In this document: positions 1 to 8,086 of the stretch, piece by piece
Layout: each line of letters opens with the position of its first letter
How positions within the stretch are numbered: position 1 is the stretch's first letter
From: a candidate division WOR-3 bacterium
Lineage (GTDB): Bacteria > Hydrothermota > 32-111
DNA: 64,000 bases
NCBI GenBank assembly: GCA_037481815.1
Contig: JBBFKX010000002.1
Location: 192,001 to 256,000, forward strand
Direction: 5' to 3'
Notes under the pieces: generated by a model
Databases searched by the model: none
What the model was told of the DNA's origin: nothing
Seen by the model: only the letters and a program-made list of their open reading frames with translations
Made by a program: the position numbers and the translations under genes

Positions 1-224
1 ACTTTTGTTGACGACTGACCAGCGAGATGAAAGATGTAATCATACTCATTTTTTTCAAAAAATTCGAGTACTCTTTTTTTATCTGTTAAATCGAGTTTAT
101 ATGATGTGTATTCTAAAAATTTGTCAACAAAGTATGTCCCCTCAACAATATATTTATCTTTTAACACTTCATAAAGATATGAGGCAACAAACCCTTCAGC
201 ACCTGTTATTAGAACTTTTTTCAT
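1..224 (-). CDS. NAD-dependent epimerase/dehydratase (Gmd/Rmd-like extended SDR), N-terminal part; runs off the window
   Basis: Not in the ORF track. Manual translation from ATG at 224 (ATGA overlap with the upstream stop): MKKVLITGAEGFVASYL...YDYIFHLAGQSSTK, with Rossmann TGxxGFxx and HLAxQ motifs. Confidence 0.85.
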   Translation of the reverse strand, partial: MKKVLITGAEGFVASYLYEVLKDKYIVEGTYFVDKFLEYTSYKLDLTDKKRVLEFFEKNEYDYIFHLAGQSSTK

Positions 225-952
225 AATCCCTCTTTCAGTCGATCTGCAAGTATCTTTGGTAATCTTTCTTCATTTATCTTTCTCATAGCGCTCTCTATAT
301 CATATTCAACCCTATGGAAGTTGATTACCATCTCATCTTTATCAAAAACAACAAAAGATGCTCTATTATCTCCATCCCTTGGTTGTCCAACAGATCCTAC
401 ATTTATTATGTATCTTGAATTATCTTCAATTTTTATCGTTTCATTTTGAACCATTTTAACATCGCCAAAGATCTTTTTGTAAACAACAGGTATATGTGTG
501 TGTCCTATAAAAAGTATTTTAAACTTCTCATAGTAAAACTCGTCATCAGCCTCATAGATTGAAGTTATATAGTTCCAGTATGAAGGATTCTGTAAATTAG
601 AATGAGAGAATTTCAAATCAGTTAAAGACAGAGTGTATTCAAGTTTTTTTATTCTTTCTAAATGATCTTTTCTTATTACTTTTTTCGTCCAGAGAATAGA
701 TTCCTTTGCAGAATAGTTAAAAAATCTGATGTTCGTTTTTCCTATAACACCACATTCATGGTTTCCCAGCAAAACTTTATCCGTGAGTGAAAATATTTTT
801 TCCAAACATTCGTTTGGTTGTGCACCATAACCTATAACATCTCCAAGACAGATAACTTCTGGAAAAGGATGATAATTTTTTTCTACAAAATCGATAACCG
901 ATTTTAGAGCATCATAGTTTGAATGTATATCAGAAAAAATCAAAAACTTCAT
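221..952 (-). CDS. Calcineurin-like metallophosphoesterase (YfcE/MJ0936-like)
   Basis: Motifs SDIHSN, LGDVIGYG, GNHE, GHTH, NVGSVGQPRDG. Confidence 0.9.
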   Translation of the reverse strand: MKFLIFSDIHSNYDALKSVIDFVEKNYHPFPEVICLGDVIGYGAQPNECLEKIFSLTDKVLLGNHECGVIGKTNIRFFNYSAKESILWTKKVIRKDHLERIKKLEYTLSLTDLKFSHSNLQNPSYWNYITSIYEADDEFYYEKFKILFIGHTHIPVVYKKIFGDVKMVQNETIKIEDNSRYIINVGSVGQPRDGDNRASFVVFDKDEMVINFHRVEYDIESAMRKINEERLPKILADRLKEGL

Positions 953-1380
953 TTAAATTCTGGTAAATATTTTTCTTTGTTCTTTAAAATTTTATCAAGT
1001 ATGCCGTTGACGAATCCCCCAGAATCTGAAGTTGAATATAGTTTTGCTATCTCTATCGCTTCATCTATCGCAACTATATCAGGAACATTATCCTGAAGGA
1101 AAATTTCAACGAGGGCAATCCGTAGAATATTTTTATCGATTACAGCCATTCTGTGTATCGACCAATTTTTTGTAACACCATCGATCAACTCGTTTAACTT
1201 ATCAAAAAAGAGTGTCACCTTTTTAATGATGTTTAAACTATAATCTTTTACATCATCAGATAAATTATCCTCAAGTCTGAAAACTTCATCTATGATATTT
1301 TCAAGGTTAGAGAACTCGTTTATCTCGTAGATGTATAAAACTTTTAAAGCGAGAATTCTTGCTTTTCTTCTTTTACCCAC
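949..1380 (-). CDS. nusB: Transcription antitermination factor NusB
   Basis: N-terminal RRKAR, DKNILRIA, AIDEAIEIAK, FVNGILD; follows ribH. Confidence 0.95.
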   Translation of the reverse strand: MGKRRKARILALKVLYIYEINEFSNLENIIDEVFRLEDNLSDDVKDYSLNIIKKVTLFFDKLNELIDGVTKNWSIHRMAVIDKNILRIALVEIFLQDNVPDIVAIDEAIEIAKLYSTSDSGGFVNGILDKILKNKEKYLPEFK

Positions 1381-1382
1381 AC

Positions 1383-1847
1383 TCAGATCCTTTTGTAGAG
1401 GTTTGCAAGTTCCAGAACAGTTTCAGCAGCATCATAACCTTTGTTTCCTGATTTGGTGCCAGCTCTTTCTATTGCCTGATCTGTAGAATCTGCTGTAATT
1501 ATACCAAAAGAGATAGGAATATCAACATCAAGATTCAATTTTGCTATACCTTTTGAAACCTCTGCTGCTATATAATCAAAATGGGGAGTTTCACCTCTTA
1601 TAACAGTACCAAGACATATCACTCCATTTAGATCTTTATTCTTTTTGATAACCATTTTGGTAACCTGTGGAATTTCAAAAGCACCTGGTGCCATATAAAT
1701 TTTTATATCCTTTTCATCAACATTGTGTCTTAAAAGACAATCAACAGCTCCATCGATCAAATTTTTTGAAATAAAATTGTTGAACCTTGAACACACTATC
1801 GCGAACCTCATCCCCTTTCCATCAAGTTTTCCTTCAAACTTTTCCAT
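1383..1847 (-). CDS. ribH: 6,7-dimethyl-8-ribityllumazine synthase
   Basis: SRFN, PGAFEIP, IRGETPHFDY, QAIERAG.KSGNKG. Confidence 0.97.
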   Translation of the reverse strand: MEKFEGKLDGKGMRFAIVCSRFNNFISKNLIDGAVDCLLRHNVDEKDIKIYMAPGAFEIPQVTKMVIKKNKDLNGVICLGTVIRGETPHFDYIAAEVSKGIAKLNLDVDIPISFGIITADSTDQAIERAGTKSGNKGYDAAETVLELANLYKRI

Positions 1848-1855
1848 AAAACCTC

Positions 1856-3055
1856 CTATATATTTTTTAACAGATGTCCAAGTTTTTTCTTTTTCGTTAA
1901 AAGATATTCAAAATTGTTCTCATTCGGTTGTATCTCAATTGGAACCCTTTCGACTATTTTGATCCCATAACCTTCAAGTCCAATTATCTTTTTTGGATTG
2001 TTTGTTAATAATCTTATCGTTGTAAGTCCAAGATCTTTTAAAATCTGTGCACCTATTCCATAATCTCTAAGATCAGCGGGAAATCCAAGTTTTATATTCG
2101 CTTCAACAGTGTCATACCCCTTCTCCTGAAGATGGTACGCTTTGATTTTGTTTACAAGTCCAATACCTCTTCCCTCCTGTCTTAGATAGAGTAAAACACC
2201 CTCTTTCTCTTTTTCAATCATTTCAAGTGAACTCTCAAGTTGTTTCCCACAATCACATTTCTGAGAATGAAATATATCTCCGGTGAAACATTCAGAGTGA
2301 ACTCTCACAAGAACATTTTTTTTACCTTTAACATTCCCTTTTATCAAAGCAACATGTATATGGTTATCGACATCGTTTGAATAGAGCACTATTTTAAATT
2401 TTCCAAAATCTGTCGGCAGTTTCGCCTCCACCTCTTTATGAACAAGTTTATCAGTTTTACACCTGTAAGAGATAAGGTCCTTTATCGTTATAATCTTCAT
2501 CTTAAACTTTTTTGCAATTTTTAACAGTTTAGGTAACCTCGCCATCTTCCCATCATCATCCATAATCTCACATAGAACACCTGCAGGTTTAAGTCCCGCC
2601 ATCCTTGCAAGATCTGATACTGCCTCAGTATGCCCTGCTCTTTTCAAAACACCACCTTTTTCAGCTTTTAGTGGAAACACATGCCCGGGTTTTGCAAAAT
2701 CTTCTGGCTTTGAATTATCATCTATCAGAAGTTTTATCGTGTGCGCTCTATCGTATGCTGATATTCCTGTATCAATGCCTTCTTTCGCATCAACAGAAAC
2801 TGTAAACTTTGTTCCATGAAGAGCAGTATTGTTTTCACACATAAGACGCAATCCCAATCTTGATAGCATCTCGTCAGTCATTGAAACACATATGAGTCCT
2901 CTTCCCTCTTTAGCCATAAAATTGATCTTCTCTGGTGTTACAAGTTCAGCGGCCATGATAAAATCACCTTCATTTTCTCTATCCTCATCATCAACGACTA
3001 TTACTATTTTACCATTTCTGATATCATCAATTGCATCTTCAATCCTGCTAAACAT
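1856..3055 (-). CDS. ribBA: Bifunctional DHBP synthase / GTP cyclohydrolase II
   Basis: [38 protein letters not shown]. Confidence 0.97.
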   Translation of the reverse strand: MFSRIEDAIDDIRNGKIVIVVDDEDRENEGDFIMAAELVTPEKINFMAKEGRGLICVSMTDEMLSRLGLRLMCENNTALHGTKFTVSVDAKEGIDTGISAYDRAHTIKLLIDDNSKPEDFAKPGHVFPLKAEKGGVLKRAGHTEAVSDLARMAGLKPAGVLCEIMDDDGKMARLPKLLKIAKKFKMKIITIKDLISYRCKTDKLVHKEVEAKLPTDFGKFKIVLYSNDVDNHIHVALIKGNVKGKKNVLVRVHSECFTGDIFHSQKCDCGKQLESSLEMIEKEKEGVLLYLRQEGRGIGLVNKIKAYHLQEKGYDTVEANIKLGFPADLRDYGIGAQILKDLGLTTIRLLTNNPKKIIGLEGYGIKIVERVPIEIQPNENNFEYLLTKKKKLGHLLKNI

Positions 3056-3653
3056 TTCTTTTCTCCTTTAAAAATTTGTAAACATCCTTTGTTATCTGAT
3101 TTATTTCAACATTAACTTTATCTCCAACTTTCAAATTTTTTAAATTTGTTATCTTTATCGTTTCGGGAATGATGTTTAAAACAAAAGAGTTTTCAAAAAC
3201 ACTTTTTATAGTTAAACTTATTCCGTTAACAGCTATAGAATCGTTTTCAACAAGATATTTTCCATATTTGGATCCAACATCAACTTCAAACTCAATCTTG
3301 TTTTTATTCGGTCTTGTTATCCTTTTCACATAACCTGTTGTATCAACATGTCCAAGGAGAATATGTCCCCCAAGTTTATCCTTTAGTGTCAACGATTTTT
3401 CAAGATTGACTTCACTATTTTTTTTATAGAACCTGATGATCGTTCGTTCAGCTGATTCAAATAAAGCATAGAACCTCAAAAAATCTTCTCCTATATGTTC
3501 AACAGTCAGACAAACTCCATCAACTGAGATCGAATCTCCAGATGTCACATCTTTTAGAAAATCTTTTGAAACCTGAACGGTTAAAACATAATCATCAGAT
3601 TTTCTTTTCAAATCATAAATTTTTCCGGTTTCTTTTATGAGTCCTGTAAACAT
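3048..3653 (-). CDS. ribE: Riboflavin synthase alpha chain
   Basis: MFTGLI start, [22 protein letters not shown]. Confidence 0.95.
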   Translation of the reverse strand: MFTGLIKETGKIYDLKRKSDDYVLTVQVSKDFLKDVTSGDSISVDGVCLTVEHIGEDFLRFYALFESAERTIIRFYKKNSEVNLEKSLTLKDKLGGHILLGHVDTTGYVKRITRPNKNKIEFEVDVGSKYGKYLVENDSIAVNGISLTIKSVFENSFVLNIIPETIKITNLKNLKVGDKVNVEINQITKDVYKFLKEKRNV

Positions 3654-4705
3654 ATATACCTCTTAAAAATATCTTCTCCAATCTTTTTTTCTTCAACTTG
3701 TTTGAATTTTTTATCTTTTAAAATTTCCTCTATATTAAAATTTATACCATCTTTTAATTTTTTGAAAGATTTATAGATCCACACCTCATCAACAACATCG
3801 TTTTTTAAAGAATCAAGAAAAACACTCTTTCCACCTTCAATGATAAGGGAAATTACTTTATACTCACACAATCTATTTTTCACAAAATCCCAACTCTCTT
3901 TTTTATTATTTACAAAGATATATTTTACATCCTTCCTGTCTTTTAAAACATTTTCAAATTTTTTTGAAACGATTATTATTTTCAACCTTTTCTTATCTTT
4001 AAAAACATTTTTTGAATAATCGAGTTTGTTACTAAAATCAAGGATAATTATTTTTGGTTTATAATTTTTTTCAATATTCCTTGTATCAAGTAAAGGATCA
4101 TCAACATTTATAGTATTTGAACCTACAAGTATACCGTCCACCTGAAACCTTCTTTGATGTAGATCTTTTCGTGATTCAAAACATGTTATATATTTTTCAG
4201 GTAAATTTTTAGAATATATAAAACCATCACTCGATATTGCAACTTTTAAAATCGTATATGTTTTTTTACATGTTATATATTTTTGAAAGTATTTATTTAA
4301 ACTTTTTACCTCTTCTTCACATACACCAACCTGAACATCGTATCCAGCGTCTCTTAAAATTTTTATCGATTTCCCATTCACAGAAGGATTTGGATCCTTC
4401 ATTCCGATCACGATCCTTTTGAATGGGATCTGTTTTATAGTTTCAACACATGGAGGTGTTTTACCCCATACTGAGCATGGCTCGAGTGTGACATATAGTG
4501 TTGAATCAGCAAGTGAAACTGGTGAAGAATTTATCGCTTCTATTTCTGCATGTGGTTTTCCCGATCCCTTATGGTAACCCTTTGAAACAATTTTTCCATC
4601 CTTAACTATTAAAGCACCAACAAGTGGATTTGGGGAAGTTTTCCCTTTTGCTTTCAGTGCTAACTTTATAGCTTTTCTTATAAACTTTTCATCTTCTTTT
4701 AACAT
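3635..4705 (-). CDS. ribD: Bifunctional pyrimidine deaminase/reductase RibD
   Basis: PNPLVGA, HAE, TLEPC...PPC, DDPLL, IEGG. Confidence 0.95.
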   Translation of the reverse strand: MLKEDEKFIRKAIKLALKAKGKTSPNPLVGALIVKDGKIVSKGYHKGSGKPHAEIEAINSSPVSLADSTLYVTLEPCSVWGKTPPCVETIKQIPFKRIVIGMKDPNPSVNGKSIKILRDAGYDVQVGVCEEEVKSLNKYFQKYITCKKTYTILKVAISSDGFIYSKNLPEKYITCFESRKDLHQRRFQVDGILVGSNTINVDDPLLDTRNIEKNYKPKIIILDFSNKLDYSKNVFKDKKRLKIIIVSKKFENVLKDRKDVKYIFVNNKKESWDFVKNRLCEYKVISLIIEGGKSVFLDSLKNDVVDEVWIYKSFKKLKDGINFNIEEILKDKKFKQVEEKKIGEDIFKRYICLQDS

Positions 4706-4731
4706 AAAAAAACCCGATTTTACAATCGGGG
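4706..4731 (-). terminator. Intrinsic terminator (FMN riboswitch expression platform)
   Basis: Minus strand CCCGATT-GTAA-AATCGGG followed by T7, directly abutting the ribD ATG. Confidence 0.85.
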
Positions 4732-4739
4732 CTTATAAC

Positions 4740-4843
4740 TCCTTCTTCCATCCTGACTTTACAGTCGGCACCGTAATTTCAACGGTTCTGCTTTCGCTCG
4801 CGGGCTTTACCGCCGATCGGGATTTTCACCCAGCCCCGAAGGA
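4740..4843 (-). promoter_or_regulatory. FMN riboswitch (RFN element), compact form
   Basis: Minus strand TCCTTCGGGGCTGGGTGAAAATCCCGATCGGCGGTAAAGCCCGCGAG...CCGACTGTAAAGTCAGGATGGAAGAAGGA matches the RFN consensus; lies upstream of ribD. Confidence 0.95.
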
Positions 4844-4849
4844 AATAGT

Positions 4850-4877
4850 ATTATAGATTAAAATTTTTCTTAGTCAA
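4850..4877 (-). promoter_or_regulatory. sigma70 promoter of the riboswitch-rib operon
   Basis: TTGACT-N16-TATAAT; predicted +1 near 4843, the start of riboswitch P1. Confidence 0.8.
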
Positions 4878-4905
4878 TATGATTATATTTTTGAAATTTA
4901 TATTT

Positions 4906-5330
4906 TTATCTAAAAATAATAACTTTTATTGTTTTACTTTTCCCTTCCATTTCTAATCTACAATAATAAATCCCATTCCTCAATCCATCTCTTAATATAT
5001 CAGTTTCACCATAACATATCACATTCTAAGAAATTTTAATTGTTAAAATTTATTATCATTATTTTAATCTTTCATTCTTCAATTATTTTTATTTTGCACA
5101 TCTTAATCCTGTTGATTTTCACGAATTATTATCCCATATGTCAAAGGAACTACCCTCATCATAGTTACTATCTAAATTATTTAAACAACCATAATAACTA
5201 CCTCCACTACCTACTTTGTTTTCCTCTGAAAATACTTTTAGGTTAAAGTGTTCACTTATGAAATAATAATTTTCTTGATACCTGCAAATCCTATATTCTG
5301 CTACATTTCCTGTAATTTTATGACACACAT
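4906..5330 (-). pseudogene. Degraded remnant of a secreted protein with a T9SS-type C-terminal domain
   Basis: Minus frame 5046-4906 reads LTIKIS*NVICYGETDILRDGLRNGIYYCRLEMEGKSKTIKVIIFR*, resembling the CTD ends of 25832..28477 and 54004..58728; stops upstream; 5' limit uncertain. Confidence 0.6.
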
Positions 5331-5437
5331 AAAAATTTATACCCTTTTATGGTATTAAAATCTGTTATAAAAATAATTAAATTTTATCCTCATTTTCAAA
5401 TTATTCACTTTTTATTCGATAATAATGTGTTAATTTC

Positions 5438-5465
5438 TTGACTTTTTTTGATATTGAATTATGAT
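5438..5465 (+). promoter_or_regulatory. sigma70 promoter of the diguanylate cyclase gene
   Basis: TTGACT-N16-TATGAT, 10 nt before ATG 5476; argues against the 5461 start. Confidence 0.6.
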
Positions 5466-5475
5466 TATTTTACAA

Positions 5476-6624
5476 ATGAAAGAAGATAAAGGGAATATTT
5501 TTTACACTGAATTCAACTATGATAAACTCTATTGGCTGATAAATATAAGAACATTACTTTTAATCTGTTTAACTATAATTTTTTCAATTTTATCAATATT
5601 TAAAATCAAAATAAATAACACATTTTCTCCTGAATATCTACTTTTTTGGCAGATGATAGCACTTGTGATCAATTTTTTACTCTATATTGATCTAAAATAT
5701 CTTCAAAACAATAAACACCTGATTATGAACGAGGAAAATTTTAAATATATTGGAATGATTCAAATCGATTTTGATATCCTTTATACGATAGTTACAATTT
5801 TTCTTTCAGGAGGAATAAAATCTCCACTTCTTTTTCTTTTCATTTATAACATAATCACTTCAAACTTTTTGATTCAGGATCGAAATACTTTCTTTTACAC
5901 CCTTATATTAATTGTGCTGATTTTCATCTCTGAATTCAGATTTAGATTCAAGGACACATTCCCATACATAGAGTATAAAACTTTGGAAAAGTTTGAAAAT
6001 ATGGTCTTGATCTCACTCATATTCTTTTTCCTCTTCTACCTTTCAAAATATGTATCGGAAAAACTGAAACAGAAACAGGAAGAGTTGAATAAACTATATC
6101 AGGAAACATACAAGTTATCAATAACTGATAGGTTGACAGGCCTTTATGATCAGACATATTTTAGAGTGAGTGCTTCTGACGCTATTGAGATCGCAAAAAT
6201 CAACAACAATAAACTTGCAATTGTAATGTTTGATATCGATAATTTTAAGGAGTTCAATGATACAAACGGACATCTTATGGGTTCACGCGCATTGGTTCAA
6301 ATAGCACAGATCATGAAAAAAACTTTTAGAAAAACTGACATCCTTGGTAAATATGGAGGAGACGAGTTTATAATACTCTTAAAAGATATAGATGAAAATT
6401 ATATAACATTTGTTCTTGAGAGATTCAAAAGTCAGATAGAAAATTTTAACTTTAATCCCGAAACATCAAGAGTTTCCCATTTGACTATTTCCATAGGTGT
6501 TTCGTTTTTTCCCAAAGATGGTGAAAACCTCGATACACTTATCGATAAAACTGATAAGGCATTATACACTGCAAAAAATTTAGGAAAAAATAATCTATTC
6601 ATTTTTGATGATAGTAAAAAGTAG
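5476..6624 (+). CDS. Membrane-bound diguanylate cyclase (PilS-like TM region + GGDEF)
   Basis: About 5-6 TM segments, then TDRLTGL, DIDNFK.FND.NGH, RKTD I-site and intact GGDEF; ORF track start is 5461. Confidence 0.92.
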   Translation: MKEDKGNIFYTEFNYDKLYWLINIRTLLLICLTIIFSILSIFKIKINNTFSPEYLLFWQMIALVINFLLYIDLKYLQNNKHLIMNEENFKYIGMIQIDFDILYTIVTIFLSGGIKSPLLFLFIYNIITSNFLIQDRNTFFYTLILIVLIFISEFRFRFKDTFPYIEYKTLEKFENMVLISLIFFFLFYLSKYVSEKLKQKQEELNKLYQETYKLSITDRLTGLYDQTYFRVSASDAIEIAKINNNKLAIVMFDIDNFKEFNDTNGHLMGSRALVQIAQIMKKTFRKTDILGKYGGDEFIILLKDIDENYITFVLERFKSQIENFNFNPETSRVSHLTISIGVSFFPKDGENLDTLIDKTDKALYTAKNLGKNNLFIFDDSKK

Positions 6625-8085
6625 TTTTACAATATCAGGATCATAAATTTTTCCAACATTTTCGTTGAAAATTCCTTCAATATGTTTTTCAGTCAACTTA
6701 AAAATATCTTTAAAAACACAATATTCTCCAGCAACTCTAACTATTCTTGAACCAACTGGAATTTTTTTACCGACGAGTTTGTTAAAACCAGTTCCATCAT
6801 AGTTTTCGTAAAGAAATTTAATAATTTTTTGAGCATCTTCAAGCATCACAAGAGGTGCTATAATATCAGCACCTGATACGATCGCCTGTTTTATCTCTAA
6901 AGATTTTTCAGGGTCGAAGTATGTTGGTGCATTGAAGATCTCCTTTGGTTTACTCAAAAGTCCAAGGAGATGCAAAAGAGCCGAATACTGTATATCCCTT
7001 ATTTCATCTTCAGAAAGTTCCATCCTTTTTGCAATTTTTACAGAAAGTGCTGAAACTTTTTCACTGTGTTTTTTTAAACCAGGGAATATCCTATCCTCAA
7101 GATATAAAAAGGCGATCAAGGATTCAAGATAACTTCTTCTTGAATCCTCAAAAAATTTTGCAGATGCAAGAGAATTCGTGATCACGATCCTTGCGATTTC
7201 AAAAAGAACCATTTTTTCATCTTTAATTTTCAATGAATCTATTTCAAATATAAAAACTCCTATGATCAGTTTTCCTAAAAATATCGGCAAAGTAACCGTT
7301 GAGTTGTCCTTTATACCTTTAAGAGAGTACCCGATATTAATTTTGGAAGATTTGAAATATTCAATAAACTGGTTCCTGTTGATTTTGGTTCCAACTGGAA
7401 ACTCTTTTTCAAAATTTCTTTCCTTTTTAACAACGAAATCTCCACTTTTTTCATCAAAAAGAAGAAGAACCAAAGAGTGGGGATTAAAAATCGTATCAAG
7501 TTTTTCAAAAATGTTTAAAGCGTTAGATTCAAAAGATTTGATCACAGAGATCATTTCAGAAAAAGTTTTGAGTTCTTCAATGCTTTTTAAAAGTTCTTTT
7601 AGATAATTATCAAGTTTCTCTTTCTGTTCGGATACCAATTGGTTCGTGTTTAACAGTTCCTCATTCATTTTTTGAATGTCAGCACTCAATCTTTCTTTAT
7701 CAAGTAATAATTGCCTCTTCTCATAAGCGTTTCTGATAACAAGTAACATCGTATCTGCTGTGAATGGCTTTGAGACAAAATCGTAAGCACCACTCCTGAT
7801 GCATGTCATCGCAAGATTAATATCTATTGTTGCTGAGATAACGATTATAGGTGAAAAAGGATTTTCAATCGAAAAATTTGTTATGAAGTCAAAAACATCG
7901 GTTCCTGGCAACGACAGATCCACTATTATTAGAGAATATTGATTCAAAGATAACAGATTTTTAAATTGTACCCCATCGGTTGCAATATCCACATCAACAG
8001 CATCTTTCTTTTCATACTCGATGATCTTTTTTAAAAAATTGGCTACTGTGATTTCGCCATCAGCTACTAAAATTTTTTCTTTCAT
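6595..8085 (-). CDS. Response regulator: REC + coiled coil + GAF-like + degenerate HD-GYP
   Basis: REC (IIVDLSLP, GAYDFVSKPF); HD-GYP-like HSEKV...LLHLLG...ENYDGTGF...IPVGSRIV with catalytic residues altered. Confidence 0.8.
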   Translation of the reverse strand: MKEKILVADGEITVANFLKKIIEYEKKDAVDVDIATDGVQFKNLLSLNQYSLIIVDLSLPGTDVFDFITNFSIENPFSPIIVISATIDINLAMTCIRSGAYDFVSKPFTADTMLLVIRNAYEKRQLLLDKERLSADIQKMNEELLNTNQLVSEQKEKLDNYLKELLKSIEELKTFSEMISVIKSFESNALNIFEKLDTIFNPHSLVLLLFDEKSGDFVVKKERNFEKEFPVGTKINRNQFIEYFKSSKINIGYSLKGIKDNSTVTLPIFLGKLIIGVFIFEIDSLKIKDEKMVLFEIARIVITNSLASAKFFEDSRRSYLESLIAFLYLEDRIFPGLKKHSEKVSALSVKIAKRMELSEDEIRDIQYSALLHLLGLLSKPKEIFNAPTYFDPEKSLEIKQAIVSGADIIAPLVMLEDAQKIIKFLYENYDGTGFNKLVGKKIPVGSRIVRVAGEYCVFKDIFKLTEKHIEGIFNENVGKIYDPDIVKLLFTIIKNE

Positions 8086-8086
8086 T

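Noticed and set aside
5040..5328. ORFs 5040..5246 (+) and 5119..5328 (-) as real small proteins
   Set aside because: No SD or motif; better explained as chance ORFs or fragments of the decayed CTD gene
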